Below, in pieces: positions 25,978 through 39,908 of a stretch of 64,000 bases of DNA. Origin of the DNA: Somniosus microcephalus (taxonomy: Eukaryota); the NCBI GenBank assembly GCA_052327205.1, contig CM126202.1:192076001-192140000 (forward strand). The letters are read 5' to 3'. Position 1 is the first letter of the stretch; every line of letters begins with the position of its first letter. Both the position numbers and the translations under genes were made by a program. The notes beneath the pieces are model-generated. The model made no database searches and had not been told where the DNA came from. It saw only the letters and a program-made list of their open reading frames with translations.

Positions 25978-26750
25978 GGGCCGGATTTTGCAGTCAGCGG
26001 TGAATGAGGCGCTAGCTGTTCGTTACACTTGCACTTGCTCAATGACTTTTTATGGACTTTTGCACCGGAATTCCTGTCAGCCAACTATTTAAAAAGCACA
26101 GTGCCCTCTACAGGGCATCTTGGATCTGTGTGAACAGGGTAAACTACAGTGCATCATCTTAACCAATCAGATTGAAGAATCTTTAATGACCAGCGCAGAG
26201 TCTGAACCAGGAAGCATCAGTTAAAATATTAAATTCGCCAAATCAAGTACAAAAAGTGAAATAAAAAGAGGGAAAGAAAGATTGGCTTAAGAGAGAGAGA
26301 TAAAAGAGACAGAAAGAAAAAGTAGAATTTTTTTTGAATTTTAAAAAATCTCCAACAATAAATAATATCCGAAGGAATGAGACTCCACACTTGTTAAAGT
26401 TAATTTTCAGTGCCAGAGAGGTTGCTTGGTAGTAATTAAGACTTGTCACACCATTAAAAGGGTACTTACGCTGGGAAGGACAAACCCATACTTTTTCTGG
26501 CGAGTTTAGTTCATATATACCAGGTAAGTACAGCAACGTCATGCCATTCCATGTTTTTCAATGGCAAGTCTCTTGGGAAGGATACCATTGTAGCTCAGCT
26601 TTTGGAGGAGCAGGGCATCTTGGACAGCAACTTTCTGATTTATGCATTTAACTGCGCATATGTGGTCGCTGGAAGTTGTTGTCCGATTTACAGTTTAATA
26701 ACGGTGAGCACTGTTAGCCTCATCATTATTTCTACCGCAAAATCCGGGCC
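25978..26750. mobile_element. Non-autonomous PIF/Harbinger-like DNA element
   Basis: TIRs GGGCCGGATTTTGC...GCAAAATCCGGGCC; 3-bp flanks AAT/ACT. Confidence 0.75.
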
Positions 26751-27989
26751 ACTATCAAATTTAATCATATTATAGTCACTATTTATAAAGAAGAAAATAA
26801 GCTTGGAGCTCTGAAGTTAATTTTCTTTATCTAGAACAACACTGGCAATTTATCTTTTGAAAACCGCTGTCATTTAAAAAAAATAAAATTTGATTAGACA
26901 TCTGTACAATCATTTCGAGAATGTTTCAAAAACAATACATACATAAGATTTTCATTGGTAATAAATAAAGCCAGCTGCAGCTTGCAAAATGGTCACTTTG
27001 CACATTGATTAGATGTTAATGGTTTTCTAATTTTGATATAGGAAAGTAGCAATGTTTTCACTTTTTGATCACACACCTGCAGTGCTTGTGGGTTATAAGG
27101 TTTGGTGTTACTCGGTGGGGTATTTTTCATAAACCGTTTCTCATAGACATGCAACTCTATGCATTGACCCTCTAGTTATTCTGTTACTTACTTTCAGTAA
27201 AATCATATGTGGAGTAGCTATCATCCGTCAGCCAAATTGGTGCACTTTAACTTTCATTTTCTCATGCTGTTCCACCATTATTTTCATTCAGTTTCATTTT
27301 TGCCTGACTGTGAGATTGTGGTGAGTATAACATCAGCACTGAAACCTTGATATTATGCAGCTGTGCTCACTTTGTGCAACTGAACTGAATTCTGGTGCAA
27401 TGTGGAGTGAATGCAATTTGTTAATTGTTGCCTTAAATTAGAGTTCTGAGACTTGTTTGTGGCTATTGTTTTGTTTGTGGTTGTTGTTTTTGGACTATGG
27501 GTCCTTTTTGACTTTCTGATTTTATGGACATGAATAATAGTGTTCAGTTGAAATGCAAAGCCATGCCATTGAATGAATATGTCCACCTGATTTTTGCATT
27601 ATTTTTAAATGCAGCTACCAGGTAAATCATCAATGTGTGCTATTGTCAAAGCTAGCTTGAAACAATCTGCTCCAAATAAAGCCTTTAGTGGACTGTGCTT
27701 GACAAAGCATGGTGTTAGTAAGGCACAGGAGCCAACAAAAGAAAATTAGGACAACTTCTTCAAATCATATAAAAGGGCTTCCACCCATACAGTACACCAG
27801 GTCTCATCTGAAGAAACTACCCAGCAGGACAGATTTATCAATCCTGTAACATTTTTCTATCGTAACCAGTTATCAAAATGTTGTTCAATTAATGTTTGAA
27901 TAGGCAAGGAATCTAAATCTCTGTTCAGAAATAAAAAGAGATCTAGGAACAGAAGTGTACCAGTAACATTGATGGCGATGTAAGTGCAA

Positions 27990-30480
27990 GCCTTCACAAA
28001 TCCATAATTGATTTCTTCATCAAGACCTCCTCCCTATTCTTTTGGCTTCGCCTTTGAACTGAGGGACTCCTCTTCCTTGGTGATTTCAACCTTCAGCTAA
28101 ATTTCCCTTACCCCTTTCATCCAATTTCTCTGCCCCCTCTCCTTAATCAACCTTACCCTGCACATTACGTGAGGCCTCACTAACTTTGAGGTTTTGATAA
28201 TTGACCAGGCCATCTCTGATCATTTCCTTGTTCCTCTCAATATTCACATCTTCCTTTTTAACCTCCAGCCACACTACCTTTGCCCTCTGCATCTGGAAAA
28301 ACATTCCCCATCAACACACTCTATAATTGCCAATTTCCTGTCTTTTGGTTCTCCACCTTCCATGACACTACCGCCTCTATGAACCTGCTCAACAGCTCCC
28401 TGGGGATTGCTTTTGATGTCCTCACCCTACCAGGTCATAAGAACATAAGAACATAATAAATAGGAGCAGGGATAGGCCACTTGATCCCTCGAGCCTGCTC
28501 CGCCATTCAATAAGATCATGGCTGATCTTGGGCTCAAAGCCACTTTCCTGCCCGCTCCCCATAACCCTTCACTCCCTTATCTTGTAAAAATCTGTCTATC
28601 TCCACCTTAAATGTATTTAATGACCCAGCCTCCACGGCTCTCTGGGGCAGAGAATTCCACAGATTTATGACCCTCTGAGAGAAGAAATTCCTCCTCATCT
28701 CAGTTCTAAAAGGGCGACCCTTTATTCTGAAACTATGCCTCCGAGTTCTAGATTTTCCCACGAGGGGAAACATCCTCTCTGCATCTACTTTATTGAACCC
28801 CCTCAGTATCTTAAATGTTTCAATAAGATCACCTCTCATTCTTCTAAATTCCAATGAGTATAGGCCCAACCTGCTCAACCTTTCTTCATAAGTCAACCCC
28901 CTAATCTCAGGAATCAACCGTGTGAATCGTCTCTCATGGCATGTCATCCCACTGTCTGCTCATGTACAACTCCTAATTCTGCACCCTCAAATCTGAAATT
29001 TGCAGACTTGTGGGCATCTGACACATTATGTGACTGCTTGTCCTCCACCAGATCTGGTTGGACTTCCTCAAGTAATAAAGTCTGTTCTGCTCCATGGTTT
29101 AATCTTCCTACTACTCTAGGATCACCTGGTGGGTATAAACAATCCCATATTCCTCTGCTCAACAACTAACAACCCCCTGTGTTGCCCTCTCTGTTCTCTC
29201 CATCCTCACCTACAATGCCAAGTGCAAGGAGTTTATGGATTTTTTGTCTCCAAGATTGCTTGGGTACCTTCGTCTCCTCCTGCTCCCTTGTCCCTGACCT
29301 CCCCATTGCTTCCCTTACCCCAGTCCATCTCATTTCATAACTTCTTCCCAATTGTCCTGCTCCCCCTACCCAACCATTACCAGGCCCATCTGGTCAACGA
29401 GAGCCTGCTGTTTCAATCCCTTCACAACAGAACTCTTGACCACACCTTTCTTTGCTCCAATGCTTGTTGCCATTGTTAATGGCTCCCTTTGCAGAGGCAC
29501 TGTTCTCCTTCCCTTCAAAGATTTTGTCATAAACAACCTCTTCAAAAATCCATCCTTGACACTTCTGTCTGTTGCAACTATTACTTAAAATATCTTTCCT
29601 TTCTAAGATGTTTGATTGCTTTTTTTCCCAACCAGTTCCATGTTCAGTCCTCCCCAAATTACCTGTTGAATCCTTTCAGTCTGGTTTATGCCTGCTCACA
29701 GCATAGCACTGCCTAACATCCTTTATGACTGACTGTGACCACAGCATGTTATCCTTCTTATCCTTCTCCTCAACCTCTTATGGCATTTGAGGCAGTTAAC
29801 CACTCCAAAGCCCCTCCTCCTATGTCAGCCTCCATGGGACTGTCCTTCTCCCAAAGTAGGCGGTACACATCTAGCAATAGCTTCTTCTTTTGCCTTATAT
29901 GGTCGCCTCGGGAATACACCAAGTCTCCGTCCTTGGCCCCCTCCTTTTCCTCTTTTACATATTGCCCCGAGTGACATTATCAATAGGTTTGGGTTCATCT
30001 TCCACATATATGCCGATGACAGTCAGGTCAACCTCTCTATCATCACCCTCAACTTTATTGACCATCACTATGCTGTCAGATTGCTTATCCAACATAGGTG
30101 GTGGGTAAGCCAGAACCATGTCCAACTGTACATTAGCAAGACTGAAGCCATCCTGTTTGGCTCCTGCCAAAAACTTTATCCTAGTCCCCATCTCCATTTC
30201 ACTCCCTGATTGTTTGCTCACTAAACCAGAACGAATCTAACCAAAGAGTCTTGTTTGACACTGAGCTGAACTTCAAACCCATATCTTATCCATCACTTCC
30301 ACCTCACAATATCACCCACTTCTGCCTTTACCTCAACTCCACAGCTGCTTAAATTATTAACCATGCTTTAGTTATCTTTAAACTCAACTTCTCCAAATCC
30401 CTTCTGAGCTGCATCTCAAATCCATACTACATAAATACATACAAAACTCCGCCACCTGCACCCTCTCTCACTAAGGCTCC
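27990..30480 (+). mobile_element. Degenerate L2-clade LINE ORF2 remnant (interrupted by a CR1)
   Basis: GIHQVSVLGPLLFLFYILP, FHIYADDSQVNLS and QLYISKTEAILFG motifs in shifted frames; C/T-rich sense strand; ends approximate. Confidence 0.8.
28436..28935 (-). mobile_element. CR1 (HER1-like) LINE 3' end nested in the L2
   Basis: RRFTRLIP...LEFRRMRGDLIETFK...WNSLP C-terminus, 3' UTR stem and (TTCTTATG)n tail. Confidence 0.93.
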
Positions 30481-30654
30481 AGCTTTAATTCAGCTTCCTA
30501 TTTTCCAATAACAATTCTAAAGCCCCAAAAATGTAACATAACTGGCATATTACTTTATGGCAACTTCTGTCTTGGTTGTTAGGGTTAAAATACTTTAAGG
30601 CAAGTTTGACTCATTAATAAGCATGGAGAAGAGATAGTACAAAACCTCTAGATA

Positions 30655-31034
30655 GGTGTCAGCCTTGGCTCAATGATAGCAGTACTGAGGGAGTGCTGCA
30701 CTGTTGGAGGTGCCGTTTTTTGGATCAGCCGTTAAACCGAAGTCCCATCTGTCCTTTCAGGTGGACATAAAAGAGCCCACGGCAATATTCGAAGAAAAGC
30801 CGGGGAGTTCTCTCAGAGTCCTGACCAACATTTAACCCTCAGCCAACATGTTGTTACCTAAAACAGATGATCTGGTCATTTACTTCTTTGTTGTTTGTGG
30901 GAGCTTGTTGTGCGCAAATTGGCTACCGCATTTCCTACATCACAACTGTGACTTGTAAAGTGCTATATTGGCTGTAAAGCACTTTGGGACATCTTAAGAT
31001 CATGAAAGGTGCTATATGAATGCAAGTCTTTCTT
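30655..31034 (+). mobile_element. DeuSINE (SacSINE1-like) with internal deletion in the tRNA head
   Basis: GGTGTCAGCCTTGGCTCA head, Deu-domain-like core (GGAGGTGCCG...TTAAACCG...CAGGTGGAC..AAAAGA.CCCA.GGCA.TATTCGAAGA), L2-type tail GCTATAT.AATGCAAGTCTTTC; homologous to the 54594-55053 copy. Confidence 0.85.
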
Positions 31035-33128
31035 ATCTTACAGGTATCTTATATGTGTGATATTCTTTCACAGAGGCCAATGGTTGCAGTTTAAAACTTA
31101 GAAGGGTGACACCAGCGGTTGAACCCTGAAACATGATTGAATATAATGAATGACACTGTGTGACGCATTCTGTGATCTAATTTATATTTGGTATTTGAAA
31201 ATAAAGTTCATATTTGGACTGAGCAGTGTTCCTATCGTAGCGCCTTAGTAAGGTTTGTCATTTCTTTGCAACAGTTTTTTAATGAAGGTAATCTCTGTTT
31301 AGCAGTAATGCATATTAAACCCTCCTTACTTCCCAATCCATATAGGATACAATTAAATACAGCATTGCTTACCAGTGTGATTTCATGCTCCATTTATGCA
31401 AATTTGGTCAGCCCAAATTGATAATATATAAACTTCAGATGTCCATGTTGCTTTTGGCAGGATGTGACATAGGCATTTCTCTTTCACATTTGTAGACTAA
31501 ATGTAACTCTAAAATCAGTGTATTATTTGACATACTCGCCTTATTATATTGTAAAGACTCACAAAAATAACTAATTAAAACATTTATTTTTAGGTATATC
31601 TTCCAGTGCATCTGGATGGAAAGGCAACCACAGACTCTCAATAGGCTGAATTTGCATTTCTGACTGGCATGAAGAGAAAAAGTGAGGTAGTTGACCTAGA
31701 GATGTAGAAGGACATGGAGGAGGAGCCGATCTTTATGTAAGTGTCCCAAAAGGGGGTATTTGGCCTAAGTTCTGATTCTGCTTGTAAACTGACACTTATC
31801 TTATCCACAGCACAGACACTTGTAATTTCATCAATGCTGGTCAGTGAAGGAGGAAAGACATCAAGCCATCCTTAATATGACTGTTTTCCTCTGTGGCTGG
31901 CTGCAGAATCACTTCTGTAAAAATGCTTTTCAGCCATTCGTCTGGCTGGATGTTGTGAGTGCTGGTTGCTGTCAGAGACCTGTTCTCCCTGCAAGTGGAT
32001 CATATGATGAGGCATTGTGGTCTGAGCTGTTTGCCTCAACAGTGGCTTGCTTTGTTTCTGGAGAAGTTACTAGCTGAGACAGGACCAATGCGTTGCGGGT
32101 GCTATCACTCACCCCTTGCCTTAAGGCAGATGGTTTGAATCGGGCCTTATTCTCAGTCAGGGAAGCAACATATGGAGAGTATCACTCAGTTGGTATAGGC
32201 TGGAGTAAAGTTATCACTGTTCCTGTCAGTTCTTGTACATTAACTCTTTGAGGACTGCAGTACTTGTTTAACTCTTTGAGAACGGCAGTAGCATTTCTGC
32301 ACCAAACCTAAAACATTACAAGAACATATTTTATTTTTATTAGGAGAGCCCCAGTGGTATCGTGAGTAGTCCCAGCAGGAGGGAATGGGGAGTGGTGGGG
32401 GGTGGAGGGGGGGGGGGGTGGCGACAGGAAGGGGGAATTTTCTGGCCAAATGCTCTTAGAGATACTATCAGGTAGTAGGGCATGTGAGCAGGAGTTTTTG
32501 TGTCAACTTTAGGGAATTGAGATTTAGGAGCAGATATGGGGATTGGAGCACTTGGGGTGGGCCTTGGTGGGAGTGAGTGCAGTGGAGTTGAAACACTCAA
32601 GGTAGGCCTGGGAGGAGGGTGATTCAGAGCTTGAGCACTCAGGATGAGGGACCTGGGACAAAGCAGATTAGGCAGAGTGGGTAAAATGTCCAGAGTGGAG
32701 GAATAAGGAAAGTGGGAATGTGAAATTAACATGACAACTGAAAATGGCTTGATTTTTCCCCTCAACAGTTTGATTGCTCTGTGTGGTTAGTATAAACCAA
32801 TCACATAACAGAGGCTTATTACAATCACACAATAGGCTGGATTTTTCCAACCTTGGTGGGTCCGGGGCGGGCGACGTCTGTGGCATGTGGGGACCTGGCA
32901 TCTGTCTCGATCCCGGCCTCCAACAAGATTTTACAATGATGGGGCTTGTTAGGCCTGCTCTGCGAGGTTCACAGCCAATTAATAGTAAGTGGATCTGATG
33001 ATGTCATTTGATGACGCGTCATCAACCGGTTTCCTTAAAGGGGCCATGTCCAAATTGATTTTGACAGTTCTGCTGTCAGTGTTCTACAGCATTGAGGGGC
33101 TGCAAACACTGACACGCACTGCACAGAG

Positions 33129-33320
33129 GTGCATGTGCTTATGGAGGGAGTCACAGCACGCAGGGAGGTTCTCTTCCTGTCCAATGGGTGGAAGACACCT
33201 CCCCAGGACACCAATGCAGCCTGGTTGCACATTGCACAGGAGGGCACAAGCAGGGATATCATGAGGAGGACCAGGCTGCAGTGGCACAAACCTTTTAATG
33301 ATCTCAGTCGATCACAAAAC
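33129..33320 (+). pseudogene. Myb/SANT-like (trihelix) DNA-binding domain remnant of Harbinger ORF
   Basis: VLMEGVTARREVLF...AAWLHIAQE....RRTRLQWHKPFNDL matches the W..IA....RT..Q..K.FNDL pattern. Confidence 0.7.
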
Positions 33321-33766
33321 GTTACTGCAAAGCCACACTCAACCTCATCCTCCTGTGCCACTCATTACATCCCCATCACTCTGCCTTCCCTACCCTACTT
33401 CTGCACATCCTTACTCATACCAACTTACCTTGCACCTCCACCCATCCCTCTCTATCTATATTATCACTTCTCCATCTCACTATCCATCCCTCACACTCAC
33501 CCTCATCCTAGTCCAATCATACCAACTAAGAACGCACAAGGGTAGGCACTTGAGTGTTTTAGCCAATGTTCATGTGAAGTTTCTGGTAATGTGTTGTCAA
33601 ACATTGACATCTTTATTTTGAACACTTTGCGTTCTTGGACAGATTTGTATGCACCTTTGGAAGTGGCTTAGTGAGTTGCAGTGAATGGTGAGACATAACA
33701 TCCCCCCACCCCCACACACCAATGGTGATGAGTGTGAAAGGAATGGCTTGGACATTGTAGGGATGC

Positions 33767-34310
33767 TTTTTTTTAATTCGTTCATGGGATCTGGGCATCG
33801 CTGGCAAGGCCAGCATTTATTGCCCATCCCTAATTGCCCTTGAGAAGGTGGTGGTGAGCCGCTTTCTTGAACCGTTGCAGTCCGTGTGGTGAAGGTACTC
33901 CCACAGTGCTGTTAGGGAGGAAGTTCCAAGATTTTAACCCAGCGATGATGAAGGAGTGGCGATATACTTCCAAGTCAGGATGGTGTGTGACTTGGAGGGG
34001 AACTTGGAGGTTGTGGAGTTCCCATGCGCCTGCTGCCCTTGTCCTTCTAGGTGGTAGAAGTCGCGGGTATGGGAGGTGCTGCCGAAGAAGCCTTGGCAAG
34101 TTGCTGCAGTGCATCTTGTAGATGGTATACACTGCAGCCACGGTATGCCGGTGGTGGAGGGAGTGAATGTTTAAGGTGGTGGATGGGGTGCCAATCAAGC
34201 GGGCTGCTTTGTCCTGGATGATGTCAATCTTCTTGAGAGTTGTTGGAGCTGCACTCATCCAGGCAAGTGGCGAGTATTCCATCACACTCCTGACTTGTGC
34301 CTTGTAGATG
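33767..34310 (-). mobile_element. CR1-group LINE 3' end (second family) nested in the Harbinger element
   Basis: IYKAQVRSVMEYSPLAWMSAAPTTLKKIDIIQDKAARLIG ORF C-terminus, A-rich tail, ATGCT on both flanks. Confidence 0.85.
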
Positions 34311-36454
34311 ATGCTGGTGTGGGGTGGTGCCAACCTGGTGCATCATGTGGCAGCCAGGGTGTACAGTGTTAAATGAAGCAAATCTGGACATGGTGAGGCC
34401 ATTGCTGGCATCCCGGGCAGCAATGTGCATGTGTCATGATGCCCTGTGTCCAGTGCAGCATCAGTTGTTTGCGGAGAAGGTTGGTGTGTATGTTGGTGCT
34501 GCTGGTGCGCCCGGTGATGCTGGTGTTGGGGCTGATCATGTTGGGATTCTGAGGACCAAGGTGAGATCTTTTCAAGGGTACTGATGATGATGGAATAGAT
34601 GGCAGGTGAGGTTGAGATGACAGAAGCAACCTGTCAATGCTGAGATAGGTTGTTCCAAGGAGGTGACAGTGGATAGAGAGATTACTACAAACACTTCTAA
34701 AGTGCATAAAGCTCAAATGTGGGTTCCAAATACTGAAGGCTGAAGCTTCTGAGATTGGAAAGTGACCAGCTGTAAAATGGTAGGTTTTAAACCACTTTTG
34801 CAGCTGTCACCTAATGAAAGAAATGGAGTTGTTCAGAACCTGACATACTTACCTGCCGTGATCCCCGAGCAATGAGAACCTCGTGGAAAACATGAGAAAA
34901 TGCTTTGTATCTGGTAAAATGGTGATTAAATTGCTTTAAACACCCTCTTAACCAACACAATTGCATGACATGCTGCTTAGTGCCGTGTCTGCAAAACACA
35001 GGCAGAACCGGCACTAGGGAAACTCACAAGGAGGCAGGTTTAGAGTGGGATACCACCCCGCTGTCAATCTTTTGGATTTTGACAGCGGACCTGCCTCCGA
35101 ACCCGACCTCTGTGCGCCAGCAAACTTCAGCCCAAAATTACAATATAATATTACATACACAAGATTTTAAATAATATAAATTCTTCAAAGAATACTGTGA
35201 ATTAGAAACTACTCTGATGGTTTGCATTGTTTCAATTATATTTTGAGCCGTCACCATTAGGGTTTTGAGAATATTCAGTTTTAAACTATTATTTAAAATA
35301 GAAAGTGTAAATACAGTAACTGTCATACATCTGATGCGAGTCACCAACCATCCTAACACACACACACTGGCATGGTCTCTGACCCGCTTAAGTCATAATC
35401 ATGCAACTTTAGCATAGGGTTTATATAATACTTGGGTCAACACTAAGATTGCAGTTATGTTACACTGCTAGTCTGAGACCAAAAACTGTAGAGAGTGAAA
35501 TGTTATACTGCAAATCTCACTCTGCCTGTCAGGAGAGAGTGCTGTCCATGTGCAAAGCTTGCAGCAACAAAATTTTACCCCCTGGCCAGAAATATTTTTA
35601 TTAGAACAGTTGGGAATGTCCAGTAAGACTGCCTAAGCTCTTTTTAAGTCCAGTTTCACGCTGCACTGGAATTCTACTTCATATGGTGCCGAACCCAAGT
35701 GTTGTGAGGCAGCATCCCCAAAGGAGCCTGACATCACTCGGTCTTAGTGCATTCTATAATCAGAACAGGACCCAATTATGTTGCTACTTTGTCATCAATG
35801 CACACTCAAAACCGCTGCAAATTGGCATAAAAGTGACAGTACAACTGCATCCTAAGAAATGGTGTCCAAATTATGGCTGCTGTTACCGATGCTCCTTCAT
35901 ATGTGAATCTACTTTATAATCTCTATAGTTTACTATTAAGGACAATGGTCTGGAATTATCAATATCTGTACTTTCAGATTATTACAGTTATTTCAGATTT
36001 CCATCATCTGTAGTGTTTTGTTTCTGCACTTTCACCTTGGGCATTCCTTAGTATAACAGTTCTACTGGGTGGTTTCTTTGTGTACCTCTGAATATCCCTC
36101 ACTTTCTAAATTTGAAAAATTGGTCTCCCTGACTGCTTCTATCCCATTTGGAGTGCAATCACTAATTTTGATTTCAAAGTGTAACTTATTTTGATGTGGC
36201 TCACTCTGTTTAATCAATAAATCTCACAATTCTGTGAATGATATGTTTACTTGAAAGTACCAGAAGAGTTAAGGGTATTATTTCCTTTCTGTTTGAGATC
36301 CATGCCTTTGATTTGGAAGCTTTAGAATATCCCAAGTATACTTCACTCCATGGGTCAGTGAGGTGTCTCTCTCCCCCACATCTCCCTAGTGCTACTGGAT
36401 GTGCCATTTACATTCATTCCACAATTGTTCAGTGTATCTGTGTAATGCACACTG

Positions 36455-36815
36455 GATGCAGTATTGGGTCCATGCCAGTGTTTACACTCTATACAAATCA
36501 CTCCTCTTCATCTAACCATATCAGCATAACCTTTCATTCCTTTCTCCGTCATGTGTTTATCTAGCTTCCCCTTAAATGCATCATTGCTATTCGCCTCAAC
36601 CCTGTGGTAGTGAGTTCCAGATTCTAACCATGCTCTGGGTATAGAAGTTTCTCCTGAATTCCCTATTGGATTTATTAGTGACAATCATATTTATGCCTCC
36701 TAGTTTTGGACTCTTCCACAAGTAGAAACATCTTATCTACTTCTTCCCTATCAAACCCTTTCATAATCTTAAAGACCTCTATCAGGTCAGCCCTCAGTTT
36801 TCTGTTTGCTGGGGA
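36455..36815 (-). mobile_element. CR1 LINE 3' fragment
   Basis: RKLRADLIEVFKIMKGFDRE...KTRRHKY motif. Confidence 0.8.
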
Positions 36816-38219
36816 ATGGCATTGAATACTTCTTGTTTCATCAGAAGTTCTGAGTTTTGCAAGTTCTGTTAATAACGATTTCCATTTCATCTCTTCCCGA
36901 GTGCAGCTTGGTGGTGCAGCTCTGTGTTGTGGAGTTAAAGGATGTAAGCTTGTGTCTGCAATTCCCCACATGCAAGTTGCCGATGTTAGCCATGCACAGT
37001 CACTCAGAAATGCACTGGTAGAGGCTTTGCTGGATCCCTAATGGGAAACAGGAAAAAGGAATCTGATGCTGCACTTATACAGTGAATACCAGCCTCAGAC
37101 CAATATCTTTAGACTGCGGTCAGCTGAGCTATTCTGTCAGCTGCACCTTGCATTGAATTTAGAAATAAAGAGTTCTGCATATGTCTGCTTGGATAAATGC
37201 ACAAAGCTCTAATCCCTTGTTTTTAATGTTAGGAGAGCATTGGTGAGGGCATCCACTGTCTCCTAATGTTAAAAACATTGGAAGTAAGTTCACAAACCTA
37301 TTAGATTTCATAGCATTTGGCTTCAATGCACTTAGCAGACAGCTTCACAACCTGACTTCCAAGTTATACTGCCACTTTCACATTGATGTGGACTGAAACG
37401 GTTTTATACTGATCTAAATACGTTCTGAGATCTGGAATTTCTGCTGGGGCTGCCCTGCCAGTGGAAGAATTGTGGAGCAGAACCTTTATCGTTCTGTGCA
37501 GTAAGCTGCAAACCACGTCCCAAATTTCAGGGATGGGGGTCATTTGCATGGTTAGGATGGGCCACCAGCAAGGCTGCTTCAGTGGCACTCGCTCCGATGT
37601 ACACTTGTAAGGCAGAGCCGCTCACAGCCTCTCCACCACAAGTTCCCTGAGGCCCTCCTAGGCCTAAGAAAACATAGCAAAAAAATGTCTTAACTCCGAA
37701 AGGAACCATTTGATGGGACAAACAAGGTAATCAATCCCATCTGGGATCAATTGCCTTTGTCTGCAAAACTCCTGGGCCTTTCAGCTGGTGAGAGTTCCAC
37801 TGAGGTTTTATAAGGACAATAGGGGTGTTGGCGAAAGATTCCGGTGTAACTGGAATCCGCTCCATTTTGCGGCCCCCACTCTGGAGATCTGCCGGCATTC
37901 CACCTTGGCCATGATCAGAATTCTGGGGCTTTATTGTAATCGTGCATTTTCTTTTATTTCATGTTCCTTACTTTGGCTAAGAGGGTTGCCTGGTGAGTTG
38001 TCTGCAATCAGGGGCTTGTTGGACAGTGAACTGAGTACACATGATGCTATATTATAGCAGTGTATTGAAACTCTGTCATGCTACAACATTCCACAAAAGG
38101 GGAATATTCTTAATGGGTTCCAGTAAAACTTATTTTCAAGTGTCTCTAAACTAGAAAGAGACAAAATGAAGTAGCTTCTTCATGGATTGGTAATGAGCCC
38201 AGTCAGCACCCAGAAGCAC

Positions 38220-38753
38220 TCTTGTCTGAGGAAGGACGTTCTTGCCATGGAAGGAGTGCAGCGAAGATTCGCCAGTCTGGTACCTGGGATGGCAGGAATG
38301 ACGTATGAGGAGAGATTGTGTCGATTGGGCTTATACTCACTGGAGTTTAGAAGATTGAGAGGGGATCTCATCGAAACCTATAAAATTCTGTCAGGCCTGG
38401 ACAGACTAGATGCTGGAAGGATGTTCCCGATGGTCGGGGAGTCCACAACCAGGGGTCATAGTCTAAGGATAAGGGGTAGGACATTTAGGACTGAAATGAG
38501 GAGGAATTTCTTCACCCAGAGAGTGGTGAACCTGTGGAATTCTCTGCCACAGAGGGCGGTGGAGGCCAGTTCATTAAATATATTCAAGAAAGAGTTGGAT
38601 ATATTTCTTAAGGCTAAAGGGATCAAGGGATATGGGGAGAAGGCAGGGACAGGGTACTGAATTTCAATGATCAGCCATGATCTCATTGAATGGTGGAGCA
38701 GGCTCGAAGGGCCGAATGGCCTACTCCTGCTCCTATCTTCTCTGTTTCTATGT
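38220..38753 (+). mobile_element. CR1 (HER1-like) LINE 3' end
   Basis: LRKDVLAMEGVQRRF...GIKGYGEKAGTGY, 3' UTR GGAGCAGGCTCGAAGGGCCGAATGGCCTACTCCTGCTCC and TTTCTATG tail. Confidence 0.95.
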
Positions 38754-39535
38754 AATTCTGAGAACTCATTCTCAAAATATTAAAGAATAAAATCAACCTC
38801 CATTCAGCTACCAGTGAAAAGTCCTATTGGATAATAATTATCAGAGCATGAATGATACCTTAGAATATTACCAACTCAACAGAAGAGCAATAAAAGTATG
38901 CCAAAGAATTTGTAGTGAGTGTCTGACAGAACTTTACATGTGATTTGTAAATCGTAGCTATCTGGGAAAAGCCTCAACAAGCCTCCAATGGTTTTCGACT
39001 TCTCTTTATACAAAACCCACACACCCTCACTAGCAGTAACAACAGATATTGAATCTGTATGAATAACTATACTGTACATGCTTGTAAGGAATCATGCTGG
39101 AGAGTTACTGAGAAGGGGTGTGTGTGCGCGCACAGTAATTGCATGATTGTTGGCCACAGATATGTATTGCTATACTTATTAGCTTGCTCAGTTCACTCCA
39201 GCATCTGTGAAGACATCAGATTGTAATCAGGCTTGTTGCTTTGTTGAAAGTATACTTAACCACTTCACTGGGCTGCTGTGTTTAATGAAACATTCTGACT
39301 ACAGTATTTAGATTTGTTCATTGCACAATGATATTTCAACATTTCCTTTTGTTTGTTGCAGGACTGATGTGTGTTTTTCTAAATTTGTTAAAGTCTTTGT
39401 TGAGCTGCAACCGCTTCATGGTCATTGGTTTCACACAGATGGACCACATTTTATTGACTTTTCAGAAGGGCAGATACTATACCAACAGAAGTCCAGTTGT
39501 AGTTTCATGCCATTCAGCAATATGGAAAGTGTAGC

Positions 39536-39769
39536 TGTGGTAAACCACTGTTATACCTGCCTGTGTGGGTGTTTGTATTCCACTGTGTACATGTCTGTAC
39601 ATGCCTCGGCTGACTCCTCCCACGAGTCCAGGTATAAAGGTGACTGCTCCACAGTCCCTCTGTATTCTGGACTGGTCGACCACTCGAGGCACACCTTCAT
39701 TCTCTTGTTAATAAAAGCCTGTTAGTTACTCGCTTAACCTCAGTCTTTTGAGTAATTGATAGCGCATCA
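39536..39769 (+). mobile_element. Solo LTR (234 bp)
   Basis: TG...CA ends, exact 5-bp TSD GTAGC on both sides, internal TATAAA and AATAAA. Confidence 0.85.
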
Positions 39770-39827
39770 GTAGCATCACCACTGCCACCAATATAGCTGT
39801 AACTTGGGTATTTGTATACATGGAAAT

Positions 39828-39890
39828 AGAAAATTTGTGAGCATGCGGATACTGGAAATCTGAAATTAAACCAGATAATGCTAGTATTTG
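39828..39890. repeat. Fragment of an abundant shark dispersed repeat (Penelope-terminal-like); opposite-strand copy at ~35985-36030
   Basis: GATACTGGAAATCTGAAATTAA here versus TTATTTCAGATTTCCATCATC at ~35990; family name from recall only. Confidence 0.4.
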
Positions 39891-39908
39891 ATAATGAAGG
39901 GAAAATAA

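Larger units (their letters stand above)
32834..35133. mobile_element. PIF/Harbinger deletion derivative with Myb/SANT-like remnant
   Basis: Imperfect TIRs AGGCTGGATTTT...AAACTTCAGCCC, flanks AAT/AAA; internal ORF remnant typical of the Harbinger DNA-binding protein. Confidence 0.7.

Noticed and set aside
34369-35014. HARBI1-like transposase remnant on the minus strand of the Harbinger derivative
   Set aside because: Position fits but no DDE or HTH motif can be read; not supportable without a profile search
39828-39908. Hammerhead ribozyme in a Penelope-like terminal fragment
   Set aside because: No intact CTGANGA...GAAA core with stems is visible; the fragment is truncated by the MITE
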